Shown here: positions 16,309-24,992 of the stretch, in pieces | Numbering within the stretch: the stretch's first letter is position 1 | Layout of the letters: each line of letters begins with the position of its first letter | Source of the DNA: a virus | IMG/VR virus record: IMGVR_UViG_3300045988_166916 | Reading direction: 5' to 3' (one strand) | DNA length: 43,624 nucleotides | Made by a program: the position numbers and the translations under genes | Notes under the pieces: generated by a model | Told to the model about the DNA's origin: nothing | The model's database searches: none | Seen by the model: the letters and a program-made list of their open reading frames with translations, nothing else

Positions 16309-18117
16309 TTACACCTCTACGAATTCGGCATTGGCGAATGCTACCGTCGCCTTGTCGGAGAGCGTGATTTCCATGGTCTTGATGAGAAAGAGCCGGTTGT
16401 AAAGCATGATCTTGCGCCAGAGTTTGAGCTGCGCGATGTCGGCGGGAGAAAGTACCATATCGGCCTTTACGGAGTCTTTCTTCTTCACCTGCCATTGCGC
16501 AAATGTCTCGTGGAATTTGGCATAGAGCCCGTTGGTGCCTCCGATGGCGATGGAATAACGTGTGTTCGCCATCTCGGAGCCTCCGTCGATGTAGGGCTCG
16601 GGGCGTGTGAAATAGTTTCCCTGATCGAAGAAGTTGTTTTCGATCAGTAACCCGATGTATACGTCCGAAGGGCGGTTTCCGCCGACGGTGGGGATATCGA
16701 CGACGGGTGCCATGGTGCGGAGCGTCACTTGTGCGTCCGTGGATTCGACATTGATGAGCGTTGCGACATTTGCCGGGATGCAAGGGGTACAGATGAATCC
16801 GATGCTGTTTTCGTAGCTTTGGCCGTCGCCTCCTCCTTCGGACAACTCGACCTTGTTGACGTTGGCCTGGAATACGATGTCGATGAGCGGTATTGTAGTT
16901 TCTGTCTTATTGAAAACGATCTCCCCCATAAGTATCGTTCCTATCCAGTCCCAGACCCGTTTCCAGTACAAGTAGGCTTTCACAGCTTTTCCCGAATAGA
17001 CGTTCCCGGAGAATGTCACACGAACATCGACATAGTTGTCCGAAGTCCGGAATTTGGAGATCAGTTCCTCGTAGTTGGATGCGGAATAGATGCTCTGTGC
17101 GAGTTCTTCGTCGAACTCCTCCTCTTTGGCCGGGTCGTAGTTCTGCTCGCCGTTAGCGTATTCCAGGGAGTAGCTTCCGGCCTCTCCGGCGACGATGGCA
17201 TAGATGTCCGATACTTTCTGCGTCCAGTCGATAAATGTCTTGTCTTGGAGTATCGAGCTGTTGGTGCGTACATCGTAGTATCCTTTCTCGGGGAATATCG
17301 TTGCGCAGAACATTTTGAGGATGTTGGCGATGAACTCCGCCTTCGTCATCTCGGGCAGGGCCTCCGCGGCGTTGAATCCGGTTCCGATACACAGATTATC
17401 ATCCGTGCCGGAGCCTGTATAGGGGATGCCGTATCGGTCGTTCTGCCACGCTTCGGGCTTGTAGGTTCCGAGTATGGCCATACGATCGAGATAGTCCTGG
17501 ACCTGGGATGGGAAGATCAGCCCGGGGTGGATCTTCTCCAGCAGATAAGCTGCCTTGATTGCCGGGATGATATAGGGCGTATCGGTGTAGAGGTAGTTGG
17601 CGTATTTGTCGATCGAAGAGCATTCCGCCTCTCCTGCGGCCGTGGGGTATTCGATCTTTGCGCTGTTGGCCTTGCGGACGATCATCGGGAGTCCGATATC
17701 GGGATAATCTCCTTTGCGGGCGTTCTGCACGAATGTTGACATTGCCATGCCTCCGTAGTCCCGGCACGCTATTTCGTGGATATTCCCGGAGAATGCCTCT
17801 GTCGCATCGGCACCTACGAATGTGTATTTGAGCGTTTGGTCGGAGAATTCGTCGAACTGGAGTTCCCCGGAGAATAGTTCGAAACCCTCGAAGATGATGG
17901 CGGCGGGAATCTTTTGCACGGCGGGCGGAATCATCATGACATCGACGAACCGGAATTCCACCTTGTTTGTCGGGGAGAGCGGGAACTCGATGCCCGTTGA
18001 GACGGCCACAGGCATGCGGTCGTCTGCGAAGAGGGGATTCTCGAGGGTGAGCGTTATCTCCTGCCCGGGTGTGATGTCGAGCGTGCGTCCGGATTCGAGA
18101 CTTTTGATCAGTAACAT
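16309..18117 (-). CDS. Distal tail / baseplate hub-like structural protein (hypothetical).
   Basis: 602-aa ORF beginning 2 nt after the tape measure stop. The call rests on position only. Confidence 0.6.
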   Translation of the reverse strand: MLLIKSLESGRTLDITPGQEITLTLENPLFADDRMPVAVSTGIEFPLSPTNKVEFRFVDVMMIPPAVQKIPAAIIFEGFELFSGELQFDEFSDQTLKYTFVGADATEAFSGNIHEIACRDYGGMAMSTFVQNARKGDYPDIGLPMIVRKANSAKIEYPTAAGEAECSSIDKYANYLYTDTPYIIPAIKAAYLLEKIHPGLIFPSQVQDYLDRMAILGTYKPEAWQNDRYGIPYTGSGTDDNLCIGTGFNAAEALPEMTKAEFIANILKMFCATIFPEKGYYDVRTNSSILQDKTFIDWTQKVSDIYAIVAGEAGSYSLEYANGEQNYDPAKEEEFDEELAQSIYSASNYEELISKFRTSDNYVDVRVTFSGNVYSGKAVKAYLYWKRVWDWIGTILMGEIVFNKTETTIPLIDIVFQANVNKVELSEGGGDGQSYENSIGFICTPCIPANVATLINVESTDAQVTLRTMAPVVDIPTVGGNRPSDVYIGLLIENNFFDQGNYFTRPEPYIDGGSEMANTRYSIAIGGTNGLYAKFHETFAQWQVKKKDSVKADMVLSPADIAQLKLWRKIMLYNRLFLIKTMEITLSDKATVAFANAEFVEV

Positions 18118-18119
18118 GT

Positions 18120-21100
18120 CTATTTGAGTTTTCCGCGGTTCATCATACGTTCGTATTCGCGCTGCTTCTCGATCAGCCCGGCCTTGCCCATCAGGGACAC
18201 ATCGGCGCGGATGGGTTCGTCGAGGCGTTCGGTGAGCCTGACTACCGCCGTGTAGAGCAGCCTGACGAGTGCCGGATCAGAACCTTCGGATGCGGTGGAA
18301 ACCGTCGGACTTGCATTGATCGTGTCGATTGCTTGTCCCGGGGAAATGGCTCCGCCTGCGGCATATCCGGTTGTTCGCATCATAGCGGGTAGCGTCTGCG
18401 TGAAATCGAAATCCCGGAGGCGTCCTCGCCGGCGCACCGCTTCGAACGTGTTGATGATCGGCGCGGCCGTGGGGTTCTTCATGGCCTCGTTGGGAATGAC
18501 GTACTCCATGCCATTTTCGCCAACGAGTACCGTGGGCCGGTCGATGTAGCCACGGGCATCGGGGTCGAGGTGGGCATTGAACCTCTTGCCGTCTTGCGCC
18601 CGCTCTACGGGGAAGCCGCCTTCCTCGGCGCCGGTGATTGGCGTTGCTGCGATCATGGCGATTTGTGCAGCACCCATCGCTGCCATAATGCCGGCTGGGA
18701 TAAGTCCCCAGGGTATTCCCCACTCCGAGAGGGTTTTCACAACACCGGCTGCGGTGTTGATCGTTGCCTGGATAATACTCTGCTGTTTCTGACGTTTGGC
18801 CTGCTTGATTTGGAGTTCTTCCTGCTTGCGCTCGTACTCGGCCTCCATCTGCTCGACGGCCTGGGTGTGCTGTTCTTCGGTCATCAGCCCGGCATCGAGT
18901 CGGGATTGCAGTTGTTTTTTCTTGGTGTCTTGGTTCTTCTTGTACTTTTTGAGTTCGGCGTTCTCCTTGGCCGTCATCATTTTGTCGTAACTGGCATATA
19001 GGTCCATTGCCATATTAGCGGCTTCGGCTGCGGCCATGAGTGCCATTGCCATTTCTTCGGCTCCGAATTTCCCGGCGGAGATGTTATCGAAGAACAGCGC
19101 CCAGTCATCCTGAGAGAATCCGAAGAAATTCCCGCCCCGGTTTTGTGTGAAGGAATAGCCAACTTCTTCCACCTTGTTGGCCGCTGCGTCAATAGCTCCT
19201 TCCACCTCTTTGATGCGGCGAATGAGGTCATTTTTCTCCTGCTCGGAGAGGAGTGACGTGTCGAGATCAATCGTTTGGAGCACGCCTTTCAGGTCCCGAA
19301 AGGCCATCATCCCGGAACCGCTCAGCGCTTGGAGCTGCGTGAGCGTCGAGCGCAGGTATTCCTCGTCGAAGGCTTTGAGTTCATTGATTTGTTGCTGTTT
19401 GAGCCGGGCTCGTTCCGTTTTGGAGAGTGTGGCGGTTTGAAGTTCTGCCTTGTGGCGTTCCTGCATCACCTGGCGGCTCTGTTTGTATTCGTTTTCTTCC
19501 TGCTTGAGAGCGTCCGTTGCCCGTTGGAGTTCGATCTTCGTGAGGTTCCGATTATGAGCAAGTGCAAGTTGTTCCAGCGCCGCGGCGTTCCCGGCGTACT
19601 GCTTTTTTTTCTGTTCATACTCGGCATTTTCGCGTTTGGTGGCGTCGGAGATGTTCTGGATGCGGAGATTCTCGGCGGCTTCGGTTTGTTGTTGCTCTCT
19701 TTTTTTCTGCTCGATGATTTTGTCGGCGAGCTGGATTTCGAGTTTGGAGCGCGCCGCACCGGATTCTTTGTTTGTGGCCAGCCGGGCTTGAAGGGATGCG
19801 ATTTCGAGCACGAGTAGGCGGTCCTGGTACGTTTGCTCTGATGTGATCTCTCCATCAGCGTATTGCTGGCGGAGTTTCTGTTTCGCGGCAAGATAGGAGG
19901 TGTCCGCATCGAGACTCCAGGATGTTTTCTTCGTGTTTTTCCCGGAACCGGTTGTCGCGGTCTTTTTTCCGGAGCCGTTCGGATCATCGGAATTTTCGAT
20001 TTCGGGGGCCGGGACGATGAGTTTCTTGGCTTCCAGTTCGGCCTGGGCGTCCGCGATGAATTTGTCGAGGTCGGCGATCTGTCGGTCGATGTTTTCTTGG
20101 TACTTCTTTTTGTTCTGCTTCTCAGCCTCGGCGATCATCGTGTTGTAGTCGAGGGTACCGTAACTGTTTGCCGCGGCGTTTGCGAACATTGCACGTTTGA
20201 ACCATCCGACTTTTTTATCGTCGCCTGTCAACTTGTCTTTGCCTGCCTGCTCGATGATTTCCTCTTTCTTCTGAAGTGCGGCTTTGATGGATGCCTGAAG
20301 AATGAGCTGGTCGGTGTAGGCTTTGACGGCCGCCGCAGCTTTGCCGTTGGCGATCGTTTCCTGGTTGATGAGTTCGATGCCGCCGGGTATCAGCCCTTGG
20401 AGTTCTGCGATTGCCGCCGTGCGCCGCTTTTCGGAGGATGCTTCGGCCTCGACGACCCGCATGAGTTGCGAAATTTTTTCGGCTTTGCTGACCAGATTGA
20501 CGCCGTGCTCGTCCTCGATGTCAGCCGCGGCTTTCGTGATTTCGTTGAAGGTGCGCTGGGCGCTGGTCGCTTCGTTGGCTCGCGTCTTGAAATAGGTGAA
20601 GGCTCCGACCACGGCACCTATGGCCACCGCAACCACACCAAGAGGAGAGGCTTTGAGTGCAAGCCCGAATAGGCGTGTGGCTATGGTTGCGGCTTTGGTC
20701 GCTCCCGTTTCGGTGACGGTGGCGGTTGTGGTTGCCCGAACGGCCAGCAGATAGGAGAGTTTGAGGCTTCGAAGTCCGGCGACGGTAGCCGCATAGGCTT
20801 TCTTCGCAGTGTGTGTACCTACGATGACGGTCTTGTATGCGGCATAGGTTGCCAGCAGTCCCAGCACGATTCCGCGGTTTTGGATGAGCCATTCAACGAG
20901 GATGCGCGTTGTTCGGATGAGTGCGGCTTTGGCCGAGAGGCCCTCGTGGTAGGCGGGGACAAGGGATTTTCCGAGGTCGGCGGCCTCTGCGGCGATTCGT
21001 TTCTGGAGTTTTTCCGTCGTGGCTTCGGTCGTGGTGTTCATAATGTTGAACTCCTGGAGGCACGAGGTTCCCTCCTCGAAGGCGCGGTTGGAGATCTCTT

Positions 21101-22406
21101 GCTGCTGGCGGAGTTTGTCGGTGTTTTGCGCCAGCGCCGTCAGCACGCCCGTTGCGCGGGTGCCATCCAGTTTGAGCGAATCAAGTGCAGCGACGATCCC
21201 GGACATTCCGGCGCCGTCTTTCCCCATGCCTTCGGCCAGGCGGATAATCGCTTCGTTCATATCATCGACCATCAGCTTCTTGAACTCCGAGACGCTCATT
21301 TTGGCCGCGGCCGCGAAAGCATCCGTGCGTTTGAACATGCCGGTGATGACCTGCGACATGGATGTTCCTGCCACCTCCATCGTTTGCCCGAGGTCGTCGA
21401 GGGTGGCGCCCAAGCCGGCGATGTTGGCCAAAGACATTTTCGCCGAATAGCCGACACCTCCCACGCGGCGCATGAACTCGACGATGTTGGCCTCGTTGGC
21501 TGTCGATGATTTCCCGAGTTCGTTCACCGCTGCGGCCGTTTTCATCATGCCCTGCTCAATGCCGAACTCCTTATTGAGCTGGAATACATTTACGAGTTTT
21601 CCGATTTGGCCGATGGTCTCTTCGACATTATCCCCGAGGTCTTTGCCGAGGGATATTTTGATAACGTCTGCCGCGCGTGTAAAGCCTTCGATGTCCTGCT
21701 TGGCGATGCCCAGTTTGCCGCCGATGCGGGCCATGCCGAGGAGTTCCTCTTGGGCGGTGCGGGTGTCTATTTTGCCGAGGCTTGCATTCAGGTCTTCGAC
21801 CTCCTCGCGGGTCATGCCGGTAGTCTTGCGGGCGTTCGACATTGCTTCGTCCAGTCCCGAATAGGTTTGTACGGCCTTGTAGAGCCCCGAACCGACCATT
21901 GCGAATGAGGCGAAGGTTGCCGTTACGGTTCCGATATACTTATTGACCCGAGAAGCCATGTGGCACATAATGCCTTCGGTTGAAACAGTTTCAGCGCGAA
22001 GTTGCGCCATGCGGCTCGTTACGGCCTGCAATTCGTTCCGCAGCTGTCGCCATTGGGGCGTTCCGGGTATGACGTTGCGCATGGCATTCCGTAGTTCGGC
22101 GTGTCGCTGACTCAATTCGGAGGTCGTCATTGATGTCAGTTTCATTTGGGATTGGAGCTGCTTTACCCGGGTTTCGTTGGCCTTGATCGTCTCGTTGTTG
22201 CGTTTGAGCGCGGCGGAGATCTCCTCGATGCGGGCCTTGTTTGCGCCGCCTTCGGTGCGGAGTTTCTTCTGTTCTGCCCGGAGCCGTTCGTTTTCGGCTC
22301 GCAAGTCGCGGCTGTTGCGGGTTAGTTGCAGGATTTCCTTGCGTGCGGGATCGCCGTTGACGATGATATTAAGGCGCAGGTTTTCCTCTTTGAGTGTCTT
22401 TGCCAT
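18120..22406 (-). CDS. Tail tape measure protein.
   Basis: 1428 aa with long coiled-coil stretches and central hydrophobic segments. It contains a core resembling the TP901-family tape measure (GMARIGGKLGIAKQDIEGFTRAADVIKISLGKDLGDNVEETIGQIGKLVNVF). Confidence 0.9.
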   Translation of the reverse strand: MAKTLKEENLRLNIIVNGDPARKEILQLTRNSRDLRAENERLRAEQKKLRTEGGANKARIEEISAALKRNNETIKANETRVKQLQSQMKLTSMTTSELSQRHAELRNAMRNVIPGTPQWRQLRNELQAVTSRMAQLRAETVSTEGIMCHMASRVNKYIGTVTATFASFAMVGSGLYKAVQTYSGLDEAMSNARKTTGMTREEVEDLNASLGKIDTRTAQEELLGMARIGGKLGIAKQDIEGFTRAADVIKISLGKDLGDNVEETIGQIGKLVNVFQLNKEFGIEQGMMKTAAAVNELGKSSTANEANIVEFMRRVGGVGYSAKMSLANIAGLGATLDDLGQTMEVAGTSMSQVITGMFKRTDAFAAAAKMSVSEFKKLMVDDMNEAIIRLAEGMGKDGAGMSGIVAALDSLKLDGTRATGVLTALAQNTDKLRQQQEISNRAFEEGTSCLQEFNIMNTTTEATTEKLQKRIAAEAADLGKSLVPAYHEGLSAKAALIRTTRILVEWLIQNRGIVLGLLATYAAYKTVIVGTHTAKKAYAATVAGLRSLKLSYLLAVRATTTATVTETGATKAATIATRLFGLALKASPLGVVAVAIGAVVGAFTYFKTRANEATSAQRTFNEITKAAADIEDEHGVNLVSKAEKISQLMRVVEAEASSEKRRTAAIAELQGLIPGGIELINQETIANGKAAAAVKAYTDQLILQASIKAALQKKEEIIEQAGKDKLTGDDKKVGWFKRAMFANAAANSYGTLDYNTMIAEAEKQNKKKYQENIDRQIADLDKFIADAQAELEAKKLIVPAPEIENSDDPNGSGKKTATTGSGKNTKKTSWSLDADTSYLAAKQKLRQQYADGEITSEQTYQDRLLVLEIASLQARLATNKESGAARSKLEIQLADKIIEQKKREQQQTEAAENLRIQNISDATKRENAEYEQKKKQYAGNAAALEQLALAHNRNLTKIELQRATDALKQEENEYKQSRQVMQERHKAELQTATLSKTERARLKQQQINELKAFDEEYLRSTLTQLQALSGSGMMAFRDLKGVLQTIDLDTSLLSEQEKNDLIRRIKEVEGAIDAAANKVEEVGYSFTQNRGGNFFGFSQDDWALFFDNISAGKFGAEEMAMALMAAAEAANMAMDLYASYDKMMTAKENAELKKYKKNQDTKKKQLQSRLDAGLMTEEQHTQAVEQMEAEYERKQEELQIKQAKRQKQQSIIQATINTAAGVVKTLSEWGIPWGLIPAGIMAAMGAAQIAMIAATPITGAEEGGFPVERAQDGKRFNAHLDPDARGYIDRPTVLVGENGMEYVIPNEAMKNPTAAPIINTFEAVRRRGRLRDFDFTQTLPAMMRTTGYAAGGAISPGQAIDTINASPTVSTASEGSDPALVRLLYTAVVRLTERLDEPIRADVSLMGKAGLIEKQREYERMMNRGKLK

Positions 22407-22409
22407 GCG

Positions 22410-22778
22410 TTATTTGTTTTCGAGTTCAGCACGAATGCGTGCGGCGACATCCGGAGTGAGGTCGTTGGCGAGGCGTGCGGCGATGGAGTTGAAATGTCCC
22501 CAGATGAACCGATTGTGGATTTTACGGTTGCGGCGCACGACTTTCGAGCCGTACTTCATGGCTTTGAGGTCGAGAAAACGTTGGTATGCGGTGTGGGAGA
22601 CGGCCAGTTTGCCGGAATATCCGTCGGCGGCCGAAACTTCGGTCCGGCGGTGTTCCAGAATGCGTTTAGTGTGGAAGTGGAGCCGTGCAGCGAACGCAGC
22701 TCCTTGATTTTTCAGAAGGCGGGCGCCTTCGGATGTGAGAATTTCTTCTACGAATCGTTGCTCGACGAGTGATGCCAT
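22410..22778 (-). CDS. Hypothetical protein upstream of the tape measure (possible tail assembly chaperone, by position only).
   Basis: 122 aa with a verified ATG. A TATTTTTG -7 motif lies 12 nt upstream. Confidence 0.55.
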   Translation of the reverse strand: MASLVEQRFVEEILTSEGARLLKNQGAAFAARLHFHTKRILEHRRTEVSAADGYSGKLAVSHTAYQRFLDLKAMKYGSKVVRRNRKIHNRFIWGHFNSIAARLANDLTPDVAARIRAELENK

Positions 22779-22794
22779 TTCATTCGTTTTGCAA

Positions 22795-22820
22795 CAAAAA
22801 TAGCCGCCCGAAGGCGACCA
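22795..22820 (-). terminator. Terminator of the toxin-antitoxin transcript. Its T-run doubles as the TAnnTTTG promoter motif for 22410..22778.
   Basis: The minus strand reads tGGTCGCC-ttcg-GGCGGCtaTTTTTG, a UUCG-loop hairpin followed by a T-run. Confidence 0.55.
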
Positions 22821-22862
22821 TTAAAGGACAAAAATAGAGCTTAGAATCGGCATGGCATTATC

Positions 22863-22943
22863 TCACCATCCGTTTTTTTCACGCAGGGCTCCAATATAGC
22901 AGGCCCCAAGAAAAATCAATATTCCTATTGCGAGTAGTATCAT
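22863..22943 (-). CDS. Unannotated 26-codon hydrophobic ORF immediately after the antitoxin gene.
   Basis: Hand translation: ATG ATA CTA CTC GCA ATA GGA ATA TTG ATT TTT CTT GGG GCC TGC TAT ATT GGA GCC CTG CGT GAA AAA AAC GGA TGG TGA gives MILLAIGILIFLGACYIGALREKNGW. The ATG begins 1 nt after the antitoxin stop. The ORF lies inside the transcript, upstream of the terminator at about 22800. Confidence 0.3.
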   Translation of the reverse strand: MILLAIGILIFLGACYIGALREKNGW

Positions 22944-22944
22944 A

Positions 22945-23235
22945 TTACAATTGAACGTCGATATGTAATTTCCCTCCCAATCCGCGCTCTACAATATCGA
23001 ACAGCGTTTTGAGAGTAATGTTCCCTCCGTCGTTTTCGACCTTTGAAATGAACGTGCGCTTTTTGTCGATTCGGTCGGCCAGTTGTGCCTGAGTCATCTC
23101 TTTCTGTTCCCGTGCCGTTCGGATTTTCAGCCCGATCCGCAATGCGTCGAGATCGCGTTCGATACGGTCGCGTTCCGGCGTGCCTATTTCGCCGTAATAT
23201 TTTGTTTTGATCTGGTCTAAAGTTTTCGTTTTCAT
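22945..23235 (-). CDS. HTH XRE-family antitoxin (HigA-like).
   Basis: Trimmed to the ATG at 23235 (MKTKTLDQIKTKYYG...), which forms an ATGA overlap with the toxin stop. MTQAQLADRIDKKRTFISKVENDGGNITLKTL is an HTH_3 motif. Confidence 0.75.
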   Translation of the reverse strand: MKTKTLDQIKTKYYGEIGTPERDRIERDLDALRIGLKIRTAREQKEMTQAQLADRIDKKRTFISKVENDGGNITLKTLFDIVERGLGGKLHIDVQL

Positions 23236-23588
23236 TTTTTTGTCTCCTTTCTTTTTTCGTCGTAGTATTCCGACATAATTTTTTCGGCTTTTTTGATCTC
23301 TCCTGGTGGAGTTTTCTGTGTCTTCTTCTGGAAGCCGCACAATAATACTACCATTTTGTTGCCATCGAAAAAGCAGAAAATCCGGAATATGTCGCTTCCG
23401 AGTTGTACCCGTATCTCGAATAGCCCATTAGTGCCTTCGATATATTTCAAATATGTAACGGGGACTCGCTCGATCTGCTCGATGATGTCGAGTACCTTGA
23501 TGATTTTATCCCGTACCTTCTGTGATTGTTTTTCGAAAAACTCTTCGAAATAATCTTTGTAGGTAACGACTTCTCTTGCCTTTTTCAT
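23232..23588 (-). CDS. RelE/ParE-superfamily toxin of the phage Gp49-like / HigB-like type.
   Basis: GLFEIRVQLGSDIFRIFCFFDGNKMVVLLCGFQKKTQKTPPGEIKKAEKI is the characteristic Gp49-like core. The toxin-first gene order is typical of HigBA. Confidence 0.7.
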   Translation of the reverse strand: MKKAREVVTYKDYFEEFFEKQSQKVRDKIIKVLDIIEQIERVPVTYLKYIEGTNGLFEIRVQLGSDIFRIFCFFDGNKMVVLLCGFQKKTQKTPPGEIKKAEKIMSEYYDEKRKETKK

Positions 23589-23592
23589 ACTA

Positions 23593-23624
23593 CAAAGGTA
23601 ATTTATAAATTACATTCTTGCAAA
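23593..23624 (-). promoter_or_regulatory. Bacteroidetes-type promoter with an embedded palindromic operator for the toxin-antitoxin operon.
   Basis: The minus strand reads TTTG-N20-TACCTTTG-N4-ATG. A perfect 16-bp palindrome, GTAATTTATAAATTAC (23598..23613), fills the spacer and overlaps the -7 motif. Confidence 0.55.
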
Positions 23625-23634
23625 TAAATTGCCG

Positions 23635-23672
23635 AAAAAATTAGCCCTCGACGAGTTTTTATCGTCGGGGGC
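23635..23672 (-). terminator. Rho-independent terminator after the orphan Dam-like MTase.
   Basis: The minus strand reads AGCCCCCGACGA-taaaaac-TCGTCGAGGGCT (12 bp, one mismatch) followed by AATTTTTT. Confidence 0.7.
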
Positions 23673-23690
23673 TTTGGCAGGTAGTGTGAT

Positions 23691-24512
23691 TTACGCCCGA
23701 TAAATCATTATATCGGTGTATCGTGCATTGTAGGTGATTGTGTTGTCTATTTCCTTTCGCGTGGCTTTCTTGAACGGAGAACCGAATCCGTGTGCATCCA
23801 TCCAGTCGAAGAACTCGATGACGGAGGACTTGTTCGAGGTGAAATAAAAGAAAGGGTGCTCCATGATGGTGGAGAAAACGTCAAGATAGTCGGCCAAACG
23901 CCAATATCCGTTATAATGTCCGGCTTGGGTTGAAAGGTACGGCGGATCGACGAGAAATACTACACCCGGGGTATCTTTGTATTGGGAGAATAGTTCGCGG
24001 TAGTCGGCCTTGACGATTTCCAGTCCGTCAAGGTATCCGTCGCAGGCATAGGGTGTCTGCTTGGTAGTATTGTAGAGCGTTTGCTTTTCAATCTCGCGGA
24101 TGTTTGTTGCGTAATTCCCAGAGAACAGAATTGAGGAGGAGATCGTAATGTAGTCAACGAATCCGGTGTGTTCGTACCGTCTCAGCAGATCGATGATTGT
24201 CTGCCGTTTGGGCTCGGATACTTTTTTCTTACGTGGCAAGCCGTCGAGTATTGTGCGGATTTCAGCGATGATGGTGTTTGTCCGTTCGACATTCTCGATA
24301 CGGTGATGGAAGTCGTCGTAGTCATTATAAACGACGTGAGCGTCCGGCCTCTGGCGTTTTACGACATGCGATAGCAGTCCGGAACCTCCGAACAGATCGA
24401 CGAATGTCGTTGCGGTGGGGAACTCTTGCAGGGCTTCGCGGAACAGTTTGACAAAATTGCGTTTTTGTCCCATGAACGGGAGCGGGGAGGTGTTGTAAAC
24501 TTTTGCAGACAT
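23691..24512 (-). CDS. Second N6-adenine DNA methyltransferase (D12-class, orphan).
   Basis: FVDLFGGSGLLS is the AdoMet motif I. FLVDPPYLSTQ is the DPPY catalytic motif. No adjacent restriction endonuclease candidate. Confidence 0.75.
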   Translation of the reverse strand: MSAKVYNTSPLPFMGQKRNFVKLFREALQEFPTATTFVDLFGGSGLLSHVVKRQRPDAHVVYNDYDDFHHRIENVERTNTIIAEIRTILDGLPRKKKVSEPKRQTIIDLLRRYEHTGFVDYITISSSILFSGNYATNIREIEKQTLYNTTKQTPYACDGYLDGLEIVKADYRELFSQYKDTPGVVFLVDPPYLSTQAGHYNGYWRLADYLDVFSTIMEHPFFYFTSNKSSVIEFFDWMDAHGFGSPFKKATRKEIDNTITYNARYTDIMIYRA

Positions 24513-24545
24513 TGGTGGTGTGTTTTGGGCCTGCGAAAGTCCGAC

Positions 24546-24821
24546 TTATTGCTGTGTATGCCAACTATTCGGGGGGGGTATCACTGCACGTTCCGTGCAG
24601 TCCTTTTCGAGGTGAGCGATGATGTTGTAGACCTTCCGTTCGCTCACAGCATACCTTTCAGCGAGTACCGCGACGATATAGGTCATTTTTTCGCGGCGGG
24701 CCTTCATGGCCCGGTAGTCGTTATATAGTGGAAGGTGCTTGTGGTCGTCGGGACGGATGCCTATTCGTTCGAAACGGTCGAGTATTTCCCGGTTGAATGC
24801 GATGATCTCGTATATTTTCAT
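24546..24821 (-). CDS. Mor/C-family transcription activator-like protein.
   Basis: 91 aa. The C-terminal HTH MTYIVAVLAERYAVSERKVYNIIAHL resembles the Mor transcription activator family as found in Bacteroidetes elements. Confidence 0.55.
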   Translation of the reverse strand: MKIYEIIAFNREILDRFERIGIRPDDHKHLPLYNDYRAMKARREKMTYIVAVLAERYAVSERKVYNIIAHLEKDCTERAVIPPPNSWHTQQ

Positions 24822-24833
24822 TACTTTTGTATC

Positions 24834-24929
24834 TCTGACTTACATGCAACAAATTGAACGCTCGACATGGAGCCTTGAGGTTTTGTCCCCGGCTATCCGT
24901 GTCGAGCGGTGTGTTGTATGTAAGTCAGA
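24834..24929. other. 96-nt rod-like imperfect inverted repeat (structured RNA or DNA element).
   Basis: TCTGACTTACATGCAACA (24834..24851) pairs with TGTTGTATGTAAGTCAGA (24912..24929): 18 bp with one G-U. An inner stem pairs CGCTCGACA (24859..24867) with TGTCGAGCG (24900..24908). A further GGAGCC / GGCT(A)TCC pairing lies inside that. Confidence 0.6.
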
Positions 24930-24992
24930 AGATATGCAACGGTCGGGGACTTTTTAATTATCCCCTTTTATATAAGTGTCTTGCCATTATCT

